NCBI GenBank assembly: GCA_963726255.1
Contig: CAVSBL010000002.1
Location: 448,001 to 512,000, forward strand
Source of the DNA: Candidatus Bathyarchaeota archaeon
GTDB lineage: Archaea; Thermoproteota; Bathyarchaeia; 40CM-2-53-6
Length of the DNA: 64,000 nucleotides
Direction of reading: 5' to 3'
A program made the translations under genes and the position numbers. The notes beneath the pieces were generated by a model. The model was not told where the DNA came from. It did no database searches and saw only the letters and a program-made list of their open reading frames with translations. Below, piece by piece: positions 41,071 to 50,463 of the stretch; position 1 is the stretch's first letter, and every line of letters starts with the position of its first letter.

Positions 41071-41451
41071 TTACCATCGTTGCTTAGAATCCTCCTGCAA
41101 AACACGATGCCTTGTAATCAGATCTTGATTGACCGTAAATGAGGTGTACTTGCCCTTTTCTTTCCTTGTGATTACGCAGGCGTCTTCTAACATGCTGACG
41201 TGGTGGACGACAGTTGAAGCTGGAACCTGCAACGCTTGGACTATGTCGCAGAGGCATAGCTCTTCAACTTCCAGTAGGCCGAGAATCATTAGTCGAACCT
41301 CGTGGCCGATCGCCTGAAAGAACCGCGCCCGTCGGACAAGCGCCTCTGAGTCATCCAGAATAGGATGATTGGTACGTGATCTCTTCACTATGCTGCGTAG
41401 TTCCTGAGGTTTCCGCTTCGAGAGGGCGAATTGAGGCACTAACCTAGACAA
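41071..41451 (-). CDS. ArsR/SmtB regulator
   Basis: FQAIGHEVRLMIL..ELCLCDI..STVVHHVSML. Confidence 0.88.
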   Translation of the reverse strand: MSRLVPQFALSKRKPQELRSIVKRSRTNHPILDDSEALVRRARFFQAIGHEVRLMILGLLEVEELCLCDIVQALQVPASTVVHHVSMLEDACVITRKEKGKYTSFTVNQDLITRHRVLQEDSKQRW

Positions 41452-41608
41452 GTCGTATCGTAGCTATGCGCGTGGCGAGGTATTTATAAAACTAGTTTTC
41501 TAGTTGTATTCTCGAAAGACAGGGTAAACCATATACTCATTCCGAGATTGTCCAAAGTCTTGGTTGAAGTAAACATGAGTTTGATGCAATTATCAGGAGG
41601 AGAATAGG

Positions 41609-42241
41609 ATGAGCACACAGCTTATTCCACCTGAATGGGCGTGGGAGTTTCATGGACATCAGTGTCCCTTCATGCCTATCGGATACCGGATGGGCAAGCT
41701 GGCCATGCAGTACTTGGGCGTGGAACATGAAGCCGACCACGGCTTTTTCGTCTTTCCCGAACTGGGTGAAGGCCACCCGCAGACGTGTATGATGGATGGC
41801 ATGCAGGTTGCGACAGGCGCGACTTACGGCAAGTTGCTTATGGCGAAGACGTTCTACGGGAAACTAGCGGCCACCTTCTACCATAAGAAGAAGGGCGCCG
41901 TGCGCTTCTCGCTGAAACCTGAATTTGTTGACGCAATGGGGAAGTTCGAGTTCTTCGCCTACCGCAAGAAGGGAGTTGAGCCTTCTCAGATTCCACTGCC
42001 GGTGCGGCAGGAAGTAATCAACTGGGTTAACGACCAGCCTGACGATGCAATCTACAAGGTGGAGGCTAAACCGGATTTCACGTATACTCCGCCGAAAGGT
42101 TCGTTCAACAAGACCAAGTGCAATGTTTGCGGAGAATACGTGTTTGAACGATACGTTCGCTTCAAGGACGGGCAACCAGTGTGCATCCCATGTTCGGGCT
42201 TCACGGACTCAAGGCTGGGTGCCTTAAAGGGCACGCAATGA
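41609..42241 (+). CDS. FmdE-family protein with C-terminal zinc finger
   Basis: FHGHQCP, CMMDGMQ, CNVCGE..CIPC. Confidence 0.9.
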   Translation: MSTQLIPPEWAWEFHGHQCPFMPIGYRMGKLAMQYLGVEHEADHGFFVFPELGEGHPQTCMMDGMQVATGATYGKLLMAKTFYGKLAATFYHKKKGAVRFSLKPEFVDAMGKFEFFAYRKKGVEPSQIPLPVRQEVINWVNDQPDDAIYKVEAKPDFTYTPPKGSFNKTKCNVCGEYVFERYVRFKDGQPVCIPCSGFTDSRLGALKGTQ

Positions 42242-42251
42242 GACCATCGAT

Positions 42252-43025
42252 ATGAGCATCACACTTCTACTTGTGGTCACCATTGTCTTTGTCTTTTTGA
42301 TAGGTTTCGTATTCTCGATGTTCGGGCAGGGTGGAGGGTCGGTATACTCCCCGACGATGTTCCTGCTTGGTTACGCAGTGTTGCTTGCTACGTCCACTTC
42401 CCTAGTGTTGAACCTAATAACATCGGTCTCTGCGGGCTACATTTTCTACCGTAACAAGATGATTGACTTCAAAACGTCCCTCATATTCGTGCCGGGTATC
42501 TGCATCGGCGCCCTGCTAGGAGGAGCTCTGGGCAATTTTGTCGATACACACATCTTGCTGTGGCTGTTCGTCTTTTTCCTGGTTGGTGTCGGAGCTAGGT
42601 CTATCTACACCTATTGGGAAAGGGCGCAGGCCGAGAGAGATCAGCCTCCAACAGACTTCTCCGCCGCCATGTACGTGCTCATCTTGTCCGTCAGTTTCGT
42701 CGTAGGATTTATCTCCGGCCTGCTGGGGGTCGGCGGCGGCATACTCATCGTTCCTTTCATGGTCTTCGTTTGTAAGTATCCAGCGAAGTGGGCGGCTGGA
42801 TCTTCACATCTGATTATATCCTTCTCAGCACTTTTCGGAATAATAGGTCATTCGGCATTTGGCAGTCTCGATCTTCCATTGATTGCGGCGACTGGTGTGG
42901 CCGTTCTCATTGGTGGAAATCTAGGGGCGAGAACCAGCATGAAGTTCAAATCTGGAGCGATAAAGGCCGGGCTGGGTCTTATAATGTGGGCGCTTGCCGC
43001 CCAGCTCCTAGTGAAGCTCCTATGA
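42252..43025 (+). CDS. TauE/SafE sulfite-exporter family protein
   Basis: GQGGG and GLLGVGGGILIVP. Confidence 0.9.
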   Translation: MSITLLLVVTIVFVFLIGFVFSMFGQGGGSVYSPTMFLLGYAVLLATSTSLVLNLITSVSAGYIFYRNKMIDFKTSLIFVPGICIGALLGGALGNFVDTHILLWLFVFFLVGVGARSIYTYWERAQAERDQPPTDFSAAMYVLILSVSFVVGFISGLLGVGGGILIVPFMVFVCKYPAKWAAGSSHLIISFSALFGIIGHSAFGSLDLPLIAATGVAVLIGGNLGARTSMKFKSGAIKAGLGLIMWALAAQLLVKLL

Positions 43026-43229
43026 TACATGGAGGGGTACATGAAGCGAGGATGGATCACATTGCTAGGTCTGTCAGGACGTTTGCGGGAACCTGATTGC
43101 TGAGCGGCGCCATCCAGAAGAAACCGACGATCGTTCCGGGAAGGAAGATAGAGGCGAACTTGAAATCCACAAGTTTGTTCCGTGCGAACACGACCGTGGC
43201 AGTAAATTCTTCCCGTACTGGCTGTTGTG

Positions 43230-43430
43230 TTACTCAGGGTTTTCTCGTCTTTCGCGCCATAGTTTCGTCTCATCTTGAGCAAGCCCTTCGTGGCGGTGCT
43301 CCCCAGCCATATGCTTGGGGTAATCATCCTCGCAAAATAGTTGACCGCAGTACGGACATTTCTTGAGCTTCTCGAGCGGAAATTCTTTCCCGCACATTGC
43401 ACATTTAGGCAATATCCAATCCCACACCAA
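43230..43430 (-). CDS. AN1-like zinc-finger protein
   Basis: CAMCG..CPYCGQLFCEDD..H. Confidence 0.6.
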   Translation of the reverse strand: MVWDWILPKCAMCGKEFPLEKLKKCPYCGQLFCEDDYPKHMAGEHRHEGLAQDETKLWRERRENPE

Positions 43431-43532
43431 TGCGTGGTACCCACATTAGAAGGAAACGGTAGAAAAGCATCGCGTGTGCAAGTCTTTGTCGGGAACTGCG
43501 TTGAGCGTTTCATGTCCTATTGCGAGGGATAA

Positions 43533-43718
43533 TTATCGGACTCTGATTGCGTATCTACCGGGTTTAGTGATGCCTAGTTTCTTCGCAACTTCGGACGCAG
43601 CCGGGTCGATTATAACGATTAGGCCACTCCAGTCATCGCTTAGGTCCGTTGAACCACAGTTGGGGCAAACGGGCCCATTGCTTATGAATTTGCAGTTTCT
43701 GCAGGCTTTTTCAGTCAA
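43533..43718 (-). CDS. spt4: Transcription elongation factor Spt4 (RpoE'')
   Basis: ACRNC..CPNCGS..SDDWSG..PGRYAIRVR. Confidence 0.95.
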   Translation of the reverse strand: MTEKACRNCKFISNGPVCPNCGSTDLSDDWSGLIVIIDPAASEVAKKLGITKPGRYAIRVR

Positions 43719-44199
43719 GTAATATTCTCTTCTCAGCCAGACTTTCCTAAATCAGCATGCGACAATCCAATCGAGGTGGGATTGAGATTAAACTGCCGCA
43801 TCCCTACAACTGTCCAGAGACAATTGCAAAGTGCTCTTATTAGCATGACGTGTCTGGTTAATTCTCGGCAGAATAACTGTGGGATACGGAAAAAACAATG
43901 CATTGGCCATAATTCCTGTCAGGCCCGATTTTGTTACTGGGCAATCTTCCAATTCACGGTTACGGTTTCGTTGGAGAAACTCACAACATACCGGTACAGA
44001 ACACATGACGTGATCCTGTACCGGAATAGGGCGCACCGATCCTTGCGCGCCATGGAGATTCAGCTGAAACCAGACCGATATCCCACATTGCCCAGCCGCC
44101 GTTTCGTCATGCCCTGCCGCCCCGTCTGCGGCTTAGATCTTAGACGCGTTCACTTCACATGCCTCCACTGCAGAATCAGAAGAATTCACTCGGGAAAGA

Positions 44200-44662
44200 T
44201 CCCACCCCTCAACGAACTCGAGGATACGCACACGATCTTGGTTCCGAGGGACGACCTGCTTTGGCCTTACACGATTTACATCTTCAAGAATCAGAAGCTT
44301 GCCGCAATTAAACGGGTTCTGTTGAAACAGTTCATTAGAACCGCGGTAGCTCAGGTCCGAAATGGACGTCTCTTGAAGCGTATTCTCACAGGGTGTGAGT
44401 TTATCGCCAACTAACGGAGGTGGAGACACGCAGATCAAGGAATACACTGTCACTAGCAGAATACCACGCTGAGTATGCTTCCCCATCTGACCTTCTTCAA
44501 TATGAAAACGAGGTGGGTCGAACTTTCAATCTTCCACTGTCAGGATTCTGTATCTACAACGCTCGTAGGCTCGTCGACCTTGGCCTACACGAACTTCTGT
44601 TCAGTCTGTTCAAGCCGCATGGCCAAATCATCGCTAAGGGCCTAGCATCCTCTCAAGGCTAG
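44200..44662 (+). pseudogene. MEDS-domain remnant
   Basis: LLQYENEVGRTF..GFCIYNARRL..H; upstream part interrupted. Confidence 0.45.
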
Positions 44663-44690
44663 ATGCCTTTGACCGAAAGAAGGTAGAAAA

Positions 44691-44774
44691 TTTCGTGTGT
44701 GTGCCCCTAACGGTGCGGGGAGCGAAAGTTGAACCGTCGTCCGTTTGGCTTCGTGTGCGTGGGTCTAATGGTGC
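44691..44774 (-). repeat. Two tandem family-A sites
   Basis: TTTCGTGTGTGTGCCCCTAACGGTGCGGGG..TTGAACCGTCGTC and TTCGTGTGCGTGGGTCTAATGGTGC. Confidence 0.75.
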
Positions 44775-45265
44775 TCGCCGCACACGAGTCAGGTTTTGTT
44801 TCCTTCGACATTGACGTGTTCCAGTTGATACTCAGGAGCATACGTGACAAGGCAAGCGGCTTGGACATAGCGTTGAACTACGCTTTCAGCCGATTCTTTG
44901 AGGAAGAAATCAACGACGCAACCGCGAAGATCATGGGCGGCATGCCCCAATACCGAAAATCCCTAACCGAGGCCATGGAACTCACACATGCCCCACACGA
45001 GAAAATTAACGAGGATTGGAGTGATGACATGATAACGTGGCGCTCGAGACGATACTACATGTTCCTCAAGAATTTACGGGCCATACTACTAAAACAACCT
45101 GAACACGTGAAAGTGTACCTAAAAGAAAGACCATGGTTACGCCGGTCCAAAGAAAGCGTGAATGGCCCCATCGTTCTCATAGAACGAATTCTAGCGGAGA
45201 AGTATCCGCACGAGGCGGCTGGACTCGAACTCAAGCACGTACTGAGACGGGGAGAGAAACCTTAG
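44770..45265 (+). pseudogene. 5'-truncated paralog of the 10797-11543 wHTH gene
   Basis: Highly similar to 11048-11543; the HTH domain is missing. Confidence 0.85.
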
Positions 45266-45748
45266 AACGCGAGAGGTTCGAGTTACAATTACCTTTCGTC
45301 TTTAACGGGTTCTTGGTTTAGGCGGGTTGACGGCGTCCTCGAAACCCTTCAGTCCGAGGCCGGCTAGGAACGATTCTGCAATCAACGCGTTTGACGGGAG
45401 AATTGCATAGTCTCGCAATTACCTCCACACTTGCACCTGGGCGCTGCTTCAACTCGGAGGATCAACTTCCTAGCAACCGTCAACATAGAATCCAACACAG
45501 TGTCCCCACCAGGCGTCAAACTGACCGCGCAGAGATTCACATGTCTAATGCAATCATAAGAACCACGGTGACGAAAACCGGTCACCCAGAAACCCCAAGG
45601 AAAGTAAAGTACTTGTGGTCCATGATGACAGTTGCCAGTGACTCATTTGCGCGCCTTTGCCTGCATTTTCATTCTACACTCTCGACGAAGATGAACGCTT
45701 TTCCTCTATAACAGGGTCTAAACAGGGCATTTTGTTGAGGCTTGGACT

Positions 45749-46099
45749 GTGGGTCGAACTATACCTTCTTGGCGTATGGTCGTCGTCGGAGAGCTTGAGA
45801 GGTTGAAGAGATTTCGCCAGTTTCCAAGGTCCGAGGACAAGGAGATCTTCGACGACCTCCTCAATCGATGCAGGTTGTATGCTTCATACGGTAGCACGAT
45901 GGCTTTACCCGTGAAGGAGATTCCACGCTTAATGCCAGTGCTGTTCGGCCAACACAAGCGACTTGGATTTGGAAAGAAGCATCAAATCGATGGAATCATA
46001 AGGTGGCGCGATTTGCGGCAGGATGGCGTCCTTAGGCTGCCCCGATCTGAGAGTACCCTCAACCTGTTTAGGATTGGAATCTTCTTAAGCATAGCTTGA
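45749..46099 (+). CDS. Conserved small archaeal protein (MGRTIPS family), C-terminus probably degraded
   Basis: MGRTIPSWR..EDKEIFDDLL..CRLYAS. Confidence 0.55.
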   Translation: MGRTIPSWRMVVVGELERLKRFRQFPRSEDKEIFDDLLNRCRLYASYGSTMALPVKEIPRLMPVLFGQHKRLGFGKKHQIDGIIRWRDLRQDGVLRLPRSESTLNLFRIGIFLSIA

Positions 46100-46166
46100 G
46101 CATAGCTTAACCAACCCTTCGGGAGCTTGGTGAGGAAAAAAGCGGTTTTGAAAGTGAGCTTGTGTC

Positions 46167-46592
46167 GTGCCAAGACTTGCATTACCTGACAAAGAAACTT
46201 CCAGTCGGATGAGAAAGGTAAGGAGCCGAGGTACCGGTCTTGAGAAAGCAATGCAAGAAATTCTCGAGAGTATAAGCGTGGAATACGAGGCACAACCTAA
46301 TCTGGTTGGGCATCCAGACTTTAGAATAAAGGGAGAAAGAGTTCTGGTCTTTTGCGACAGCTCATTTTGGCACGGCAGACGAAAGGAAGACGTCAGCGGT
46401 CTGACTTTTCACAGAAATAAGGCATTTTGGTCGCGGAAACTTGCCGCTACCAGACGACGAGATCGCATTCTCACTCGAAGGCTAATTGAAGATGGATGGA
46501 CGGTGTTGCGTTTCTGGGATTCAGAGATTCTTCAACGAAGGGATTTTGTTAGAAACAGGCTGAGGAGAGCAGTGCATGCAGAAAACCACTAA
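46167..46592 (+). CDS. vsr: Very-short-patch repair endonuclease
   Basis: MRKVRSRGT, GHPDF, FWHG, GWTVLRFW. Confidence 0.93.
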   Translation: MPRLALPDKETSSRMRKVRSRGTGLEKAMQEILESISVEYEAQPNLVGHPDFRIKGERVLVFCDSSFWHGRRKEDVSGLTFHRNKAFWSRKLAATRRRDRILTRRLIEDGWTVLRFWDSEILQRRDFVRNRLRRAVHAENH

Positions 46593-47676
46593 ACCGCTTA
46601 CCGCAGTTGATGTGTTTTGCGGAGCAGGTGGCTTAACGCTTGGCTTGAAGCAAGCAGGTTTCCACGTAGTGGCTGGGGTCGAGATCAACAAGGAATATGC
46701 GAAAACGTACCTGGCGAATCATCCAGAAGTGAAAGTCTTTACACGAGACGTAAGAGAGGTTAAGGGCAAAGAGATTCTTGAAGCCACTGGGGTCGATTCC
46801 GTAGACCTTCTCGCGGGGTGCCCGCCATGCGAAGGATTCTCGAAACTTACTGACAAGTATCACAGGGATGACCCGAGAAACGAACTTGTTCTAGAGATGG
46901 CTCGGCTAATAGAAGAAATCAAACCCAAAGCTGTGATGATGGAAAATGTAGCGGGTCTAGCTAGAAGGGGAAAGCCGAAACTGGATCAATTCGTAAGGAA
47001 GCTTACCTCATTAGGATATTCTGTGAATTATGACGTGCTGCAATTGGCGAACTACGGTGTTCCGCAATCGCGTCGCAGACTTGTCTTGTTCGCAGGCATG
47101 GGATTCGTGATATTGCCACCAAAGAAAACCAGAGCTTACCGAGAAGATCGTGCCAAGGGGCTGAAACGTTGGATGTGGCTTGAAGATTTCTTGCCCAACC
47201 TTGGAAGGCCAGTAACGCTTTCGAAAGCAATGAAGAACGGTGGGCCGAGAAGGTTCAATTGGCATGTGGTGAGAGACATTGAGGAGATGACGAAAAAGCG
47301 GCTGAGAGCAGTCAAGACTGGCCGTGCTAGAGATTCGCTTCCAAAGGATCTGAGACCTGAGTGCCACACGGATTCGTCTTACGATGGATTCGGAAACGTC
47401 TATGGAAGACTTTCATGGAAGAGCACGCCACCGACGATCACAGGCGGATGTACCACCTTTTGCAAGGGGAGGTTCGGTCACCCAACGCAGTTGAGAACCA
47501 TTTCAGTGCGAGAAGCCGCCCTAATACAGACCTTCCCTCGCACGTATAAGCTCGAGACGGACTGCATGGACATGGTCTGCGATTTAGTCGGCAATGCTTT
47601 CCCTCCGAAGTTCGCGAAGCTTGCTGCAATCGAGTGTTTGAACGTGATTCAAAGTCAGGAGAGGCCTATTCGATGA
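46576..47676 (+). CDS. DNA (cytosine-5)-methyltransferase
   Basis: DVFCGAGG, GCPPCEGFS, ENV, QSRRR, GNAFPP. Confidence 0.95.
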   Translation: MQKTTKPLTAVDVFCGAGGLTLGLKQAGFHVVAGVEINKEYAKTYLANHPEVKVFTRDVREVKGKEILEATGVDSVDLLAGCPPCEGFSKLTDKYHRDDPRNELVLEMARLIEEIKPKAVMMENVAGLARRGKPKLDQFVRKLTSLGYSVNYDVLQLANYGVPQSRRRLVLFAGMGFVILPPKKTRAYREDRAKGLKRWMWLEDFLPNLGRPVTLSKAMKNGGPRRFNWHVVRDIEEMTKKRLRAVKTGRARDSLPKDLRPECHTDSSYDGFGNVYGRLSWKSTPPTITGGCTTFCKGRFGHPTQLRTISVREAALIQTFPRTYKLETDCMDMVCDLVGNAFPPKFAKLAAIECLNVIQSQERPIR

Positions 47677-49559
47677 TTCGAAAATTCACCATGGAATTCG
47701 AACCTGCCACAATAGAGCATTTGGGCTTGAAGCTGTACGTTTCACTACCACCCGTAATTGGTGAATTGGTATCCAATGCGTGGGATGCTGATGCGGAAAA
47801 AGTCGAAGTGAGTTTTCCAAGCGGACCTTTGAACGCAGAATCCGAGGTAATCGTACAAGATTTCGGATCTGGAATGGACGCAGATGAGTTGCAAGACGCC
47901 TATTTGAAAATAGGCAGAAACCGCAGAGAAGTCGACGGATTCGAAATTACTAAGAAATTCAATCGCCCCATAATGGGTCGGAAAGGAATCGGCAAGCTTT
48001 CGGTATTTGGCGTGGCTTCAGAACTTGAGATAAGGAGCATCAAGAATCACAACGCGACTTGTCTGCGGCTGAACTACGATAATATGAAATCTTGGCCGAG
48101 AGGAACGCCGTACGAACCCAAAGTCGTGGAGTCTAGAACTGGTCCGACCGACGAAACAAATGGAACCGAGATCAGAATTAGGGAGCTCCACAGAAAGAAA
48201 GCTATCGAGGCTGACTGGATCCGTCGAGAGCTGGCTAGACGCTACACAGTCATCGGAAACGATTTCAAGGTTTTAGTGAACGGCACCGAGATAACCCCTA
48301 AGGACAGACGACTGCAAGAGGACTGCAGGAAATCTTGGGATGTCGCAGATATCAAAGGAGGCAACGTGATAGACGAATCGGCGGGTTGGAAAGTCGATGG
48401 GTGGATTGGCCTGGTGGCAAAGTCGTCGCAAGTCGATAGAGGAGTTGATGTTTTTGCCAGAGGAAAGGCTGTTGAACTTGAGACGATGTTTGGACTCAAG
48501 ACGACTACGATTCAATTTGCTAGGGCATACGTGGTGGGTGAAATAACTGCAGACTTCCTGGACGCAGCCGAAGACGACATTGCGACAGGAAGAAACTTGG
48601 TTCATTGGGAGTCGGATCGAGGCCAGAAGCTTGCCATTTGGGGGCAGACGGCCCTGAAGTGGGTTTTCAACCAGTGGCTTGACTTGCAACATAAGGAGAA
48701 AGAGGAGAGAGTCATCAGAATAGCTGGATTCAGAGAATGGATGTCTACGAGGACCCCGCGGGAGCAGAAAGTCGCTCAAAAGTTGGTTAATGCAATAGTG
48801 AATGATGAGAACATCGAACCAGAATCAGCTGGGCCGCTCCTCGAAATAGTCAAGACGAATGTGGAGTTTCAAGCCTTTCAGGAATTGGTAGACGAGATTG
48901 AGGAATCCGGAGCCAATGTAGCGACACTGCTCAAGTTATTCCAGGACTGGCGCGTTATCGAGGCCCGTGAATACTTACGACTTGCCGATGGACGACTGGA
49001 GATAATGGAGAAACTCTCCGAACACATCGAAAAGGGCGCAATGGAAGTCAAACAGATTCAGCCCCTGTTCGAAGAGCACGGCTGGCTGGTCGACCCAAGC
49101 TGGAAAAACGTTTCCGGTCAAACGCGATATACAAAGCTCTTGCGGGAGAACTGCGCAGAGCCCAAGGCGCTCGACGAAAAAGACAGAAGGATAGACATTC
49201 TAGGGTACTCTGTGAGCGGTATTCTACATGTCGTGGAATTGAAACGTCCGGATAAAACGCTGGCTCGCGAGGATTTGGAACAGGTTGAGAGATACGTTGA
49301 TTGGGCAAGAGCGAACCTCCTTGGTACGGGCGAAGGAACACCCAACTATGCTCGTGGGTTATTGATTGTCGGGAGATTGAGCAAGGATGCTGCAATTCAA
49401 AGAAAGATGGAAAGACTCGCGGGAGACCACATTTTGGTAGATACTTTCGATGGGCTTCTGGACAGAGCCGAGAAGATCTACGGATTGGACGAACAGACGT
49501 TGCGAAATATAGCCCCAGAATACTCGAAACAAGCTAGAAGAGCTAGGGCAAAAAACTAG
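47673..49559 (+). CDS. GHKL/MORC-type ATPase fused to a C-terminal PD-(D/E)xK nuclease (R-M restriction component)
   Basis: ELVSNAWDA, DFGSGM, GRKGIGK, GTEI; RIDIL..VELKRP; ATG overlaps the MTase stop. Confidence 0.88.
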   Translation: MIRKFTMEFEPATIEHLGLKLYVSLPPVIGELVSNAWDADAEKVEVSFPSGPLNAESEVIVQDFGSGMDADELQDAYLKIGRNRREVDGFEITKKFNRPIMGRKGIGKLSVFGVASELEIRSIKNHNATCLRLNYDNMKSWPRGTPYEPKVVESRTGPTDETNGTEIRIRELHRKKAIEADWIRRELARRYTVIGNDFKVLVNGTEITPKDRRLQEDCRKSWDVADIKGGNVIDESAGWKVDGWIGLVAKSSQVDRGVDVFARGKAVELETMFGLKTTTIQFARAYVVGEITADFLDAAEDDIATGRNLVHWESDRGQKLAIWGQTALKWVFNQWLDLQHKEKEERVIRIAGFREWMSTRTPREQKVAQKLVNAIVNDENIEPESAGPLLEIVKTNVEFQAFQELVDEIEESGANVATLLKLFQDWRVIEAREYLRLADGRLEIMEKLSEHIEKGAMEVKQIQPLFEEHGWLVDPSWKNVSGQTRYTKLLRENCAEPKALDEKDRRIDILGYSVSGILHVVELKRPDKTLAREDLEQVERYVDWARANLLGTGEGTPNYARGLLIVGRLSKDAAIQRKMERLAGDHILVDTFDGLLDRAEKIYGLDEQTLRNIAPEYSKQARRARAKN

Positions 49560-49569
49560 TGGCGTAGAG

Positions 49570-50004
49570 TTGCTCGTGAAGACCGTCGGTCAAGGTCCAC
49601 CGAAGTACCCGAAGAAGGTCCCTCTGGTTTCGTTTCGCCAGAGGGTACCGCATCTGGAAGTGTTTGAACTGAGGGCTAGACCAAACTTCACGCCCTTAGA
49701 CTTCAACATTTTCGCGTTCACGCAAAATCTAGACTGGTCGCTGTCCGACAGGTTCAGGTTTTGGCATGTGCTTGCGGAAGACAAGAGTCTGTCAGGTTCA
49801 CTCAGCGTCTCTAGCTTTCCGCTACACTTGACCCTTCACAGGCTCGACAAGGAAGCGGATGCGTTCTGCCGGTGTATAGTAAACATTGACGGTGAGGTCG
49901 TGGTATGGAGCAATGACGGCGATTATGCCGAGAACTTCTTTGACGAACTATTCGTCAATGTGCCTCCCTCTTTTCACGGGATCACAGATTGGAAAAGCAC
50001 CTGA
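49570..50004 (+). CDS. Hypothetical protein
   Basis: 144-aa ORF right after the R-M operon. Confidence 0.45.
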   Translation: MLVKTVGQGPPKYPKKVPLVSFRQRVPHLEVFELRARPNFTPLDFNIFAFTQNLDWSLSDRFRFWHVLAEDKSLSGSLSVSSFPLHLTLHRLDKEADAFCRCIVNIDGEVVVWSNDGDYAENFFDELFVNVPPSFHGITDWKST

Positions 50005-50171
50005 GGTTGGGTAGATTCGAGTCATGTAATAGAAATGTTTCGTGCTTCCTTAGATAGCGCCATCGGTTGGACCAATAGGATCCCTTCCGCAATAAATCGG
50101 TCGGTAGAAGAAGCCAAAGCTATGAGCTGAAGAATTGGAAGGTCCCAGCAGAAGAGAAGATAGCGCAGGCA

Positions 50172-50426
50172 ATGAACCGCCAGTTTGTGGTGATGGCTGG
50201 ATATTCGTCCGAAGAGCTCGAAAGAATGGGTGATCTGTCGCAGAAGCCGGTCGAGGAGATTCAGGAGCTGATACGGAGGAAGAGCATGGAATCATTGGGA
50301 CTAAACGGAAACGGGAAGCAGAAGATTGTCTCAATGAATGACGTAAGGACTTGGATCCTTCGGGGCTGGGAGTATGTCAACGAGCTGCCGAACGGGGAAG
50401 TGATCATCAGGCTACCAACAGGCTAA
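50172..50426 (+). pseudogene. C-terminal tail remnant of an archaeal tyrosine integrase
   Basis: KQKIVSMNDVRTWILRGWEYVNELPNGEVIIRLP resembles the tail of these integrases; no catalytic domain. Confidence 0.55.
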
Positions 50427-50463
50427 TTCCGGCACATGCGCTCGCCAGGTAGTTGGGACTCGC

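Noticed and set aside
935-44774. Repeat families as a CRISPR array or integron attC sites
   Set aside because: Dispersed and degenerate with kb-scale irregular spacing; no cas or intI gene; no attC consensus ends
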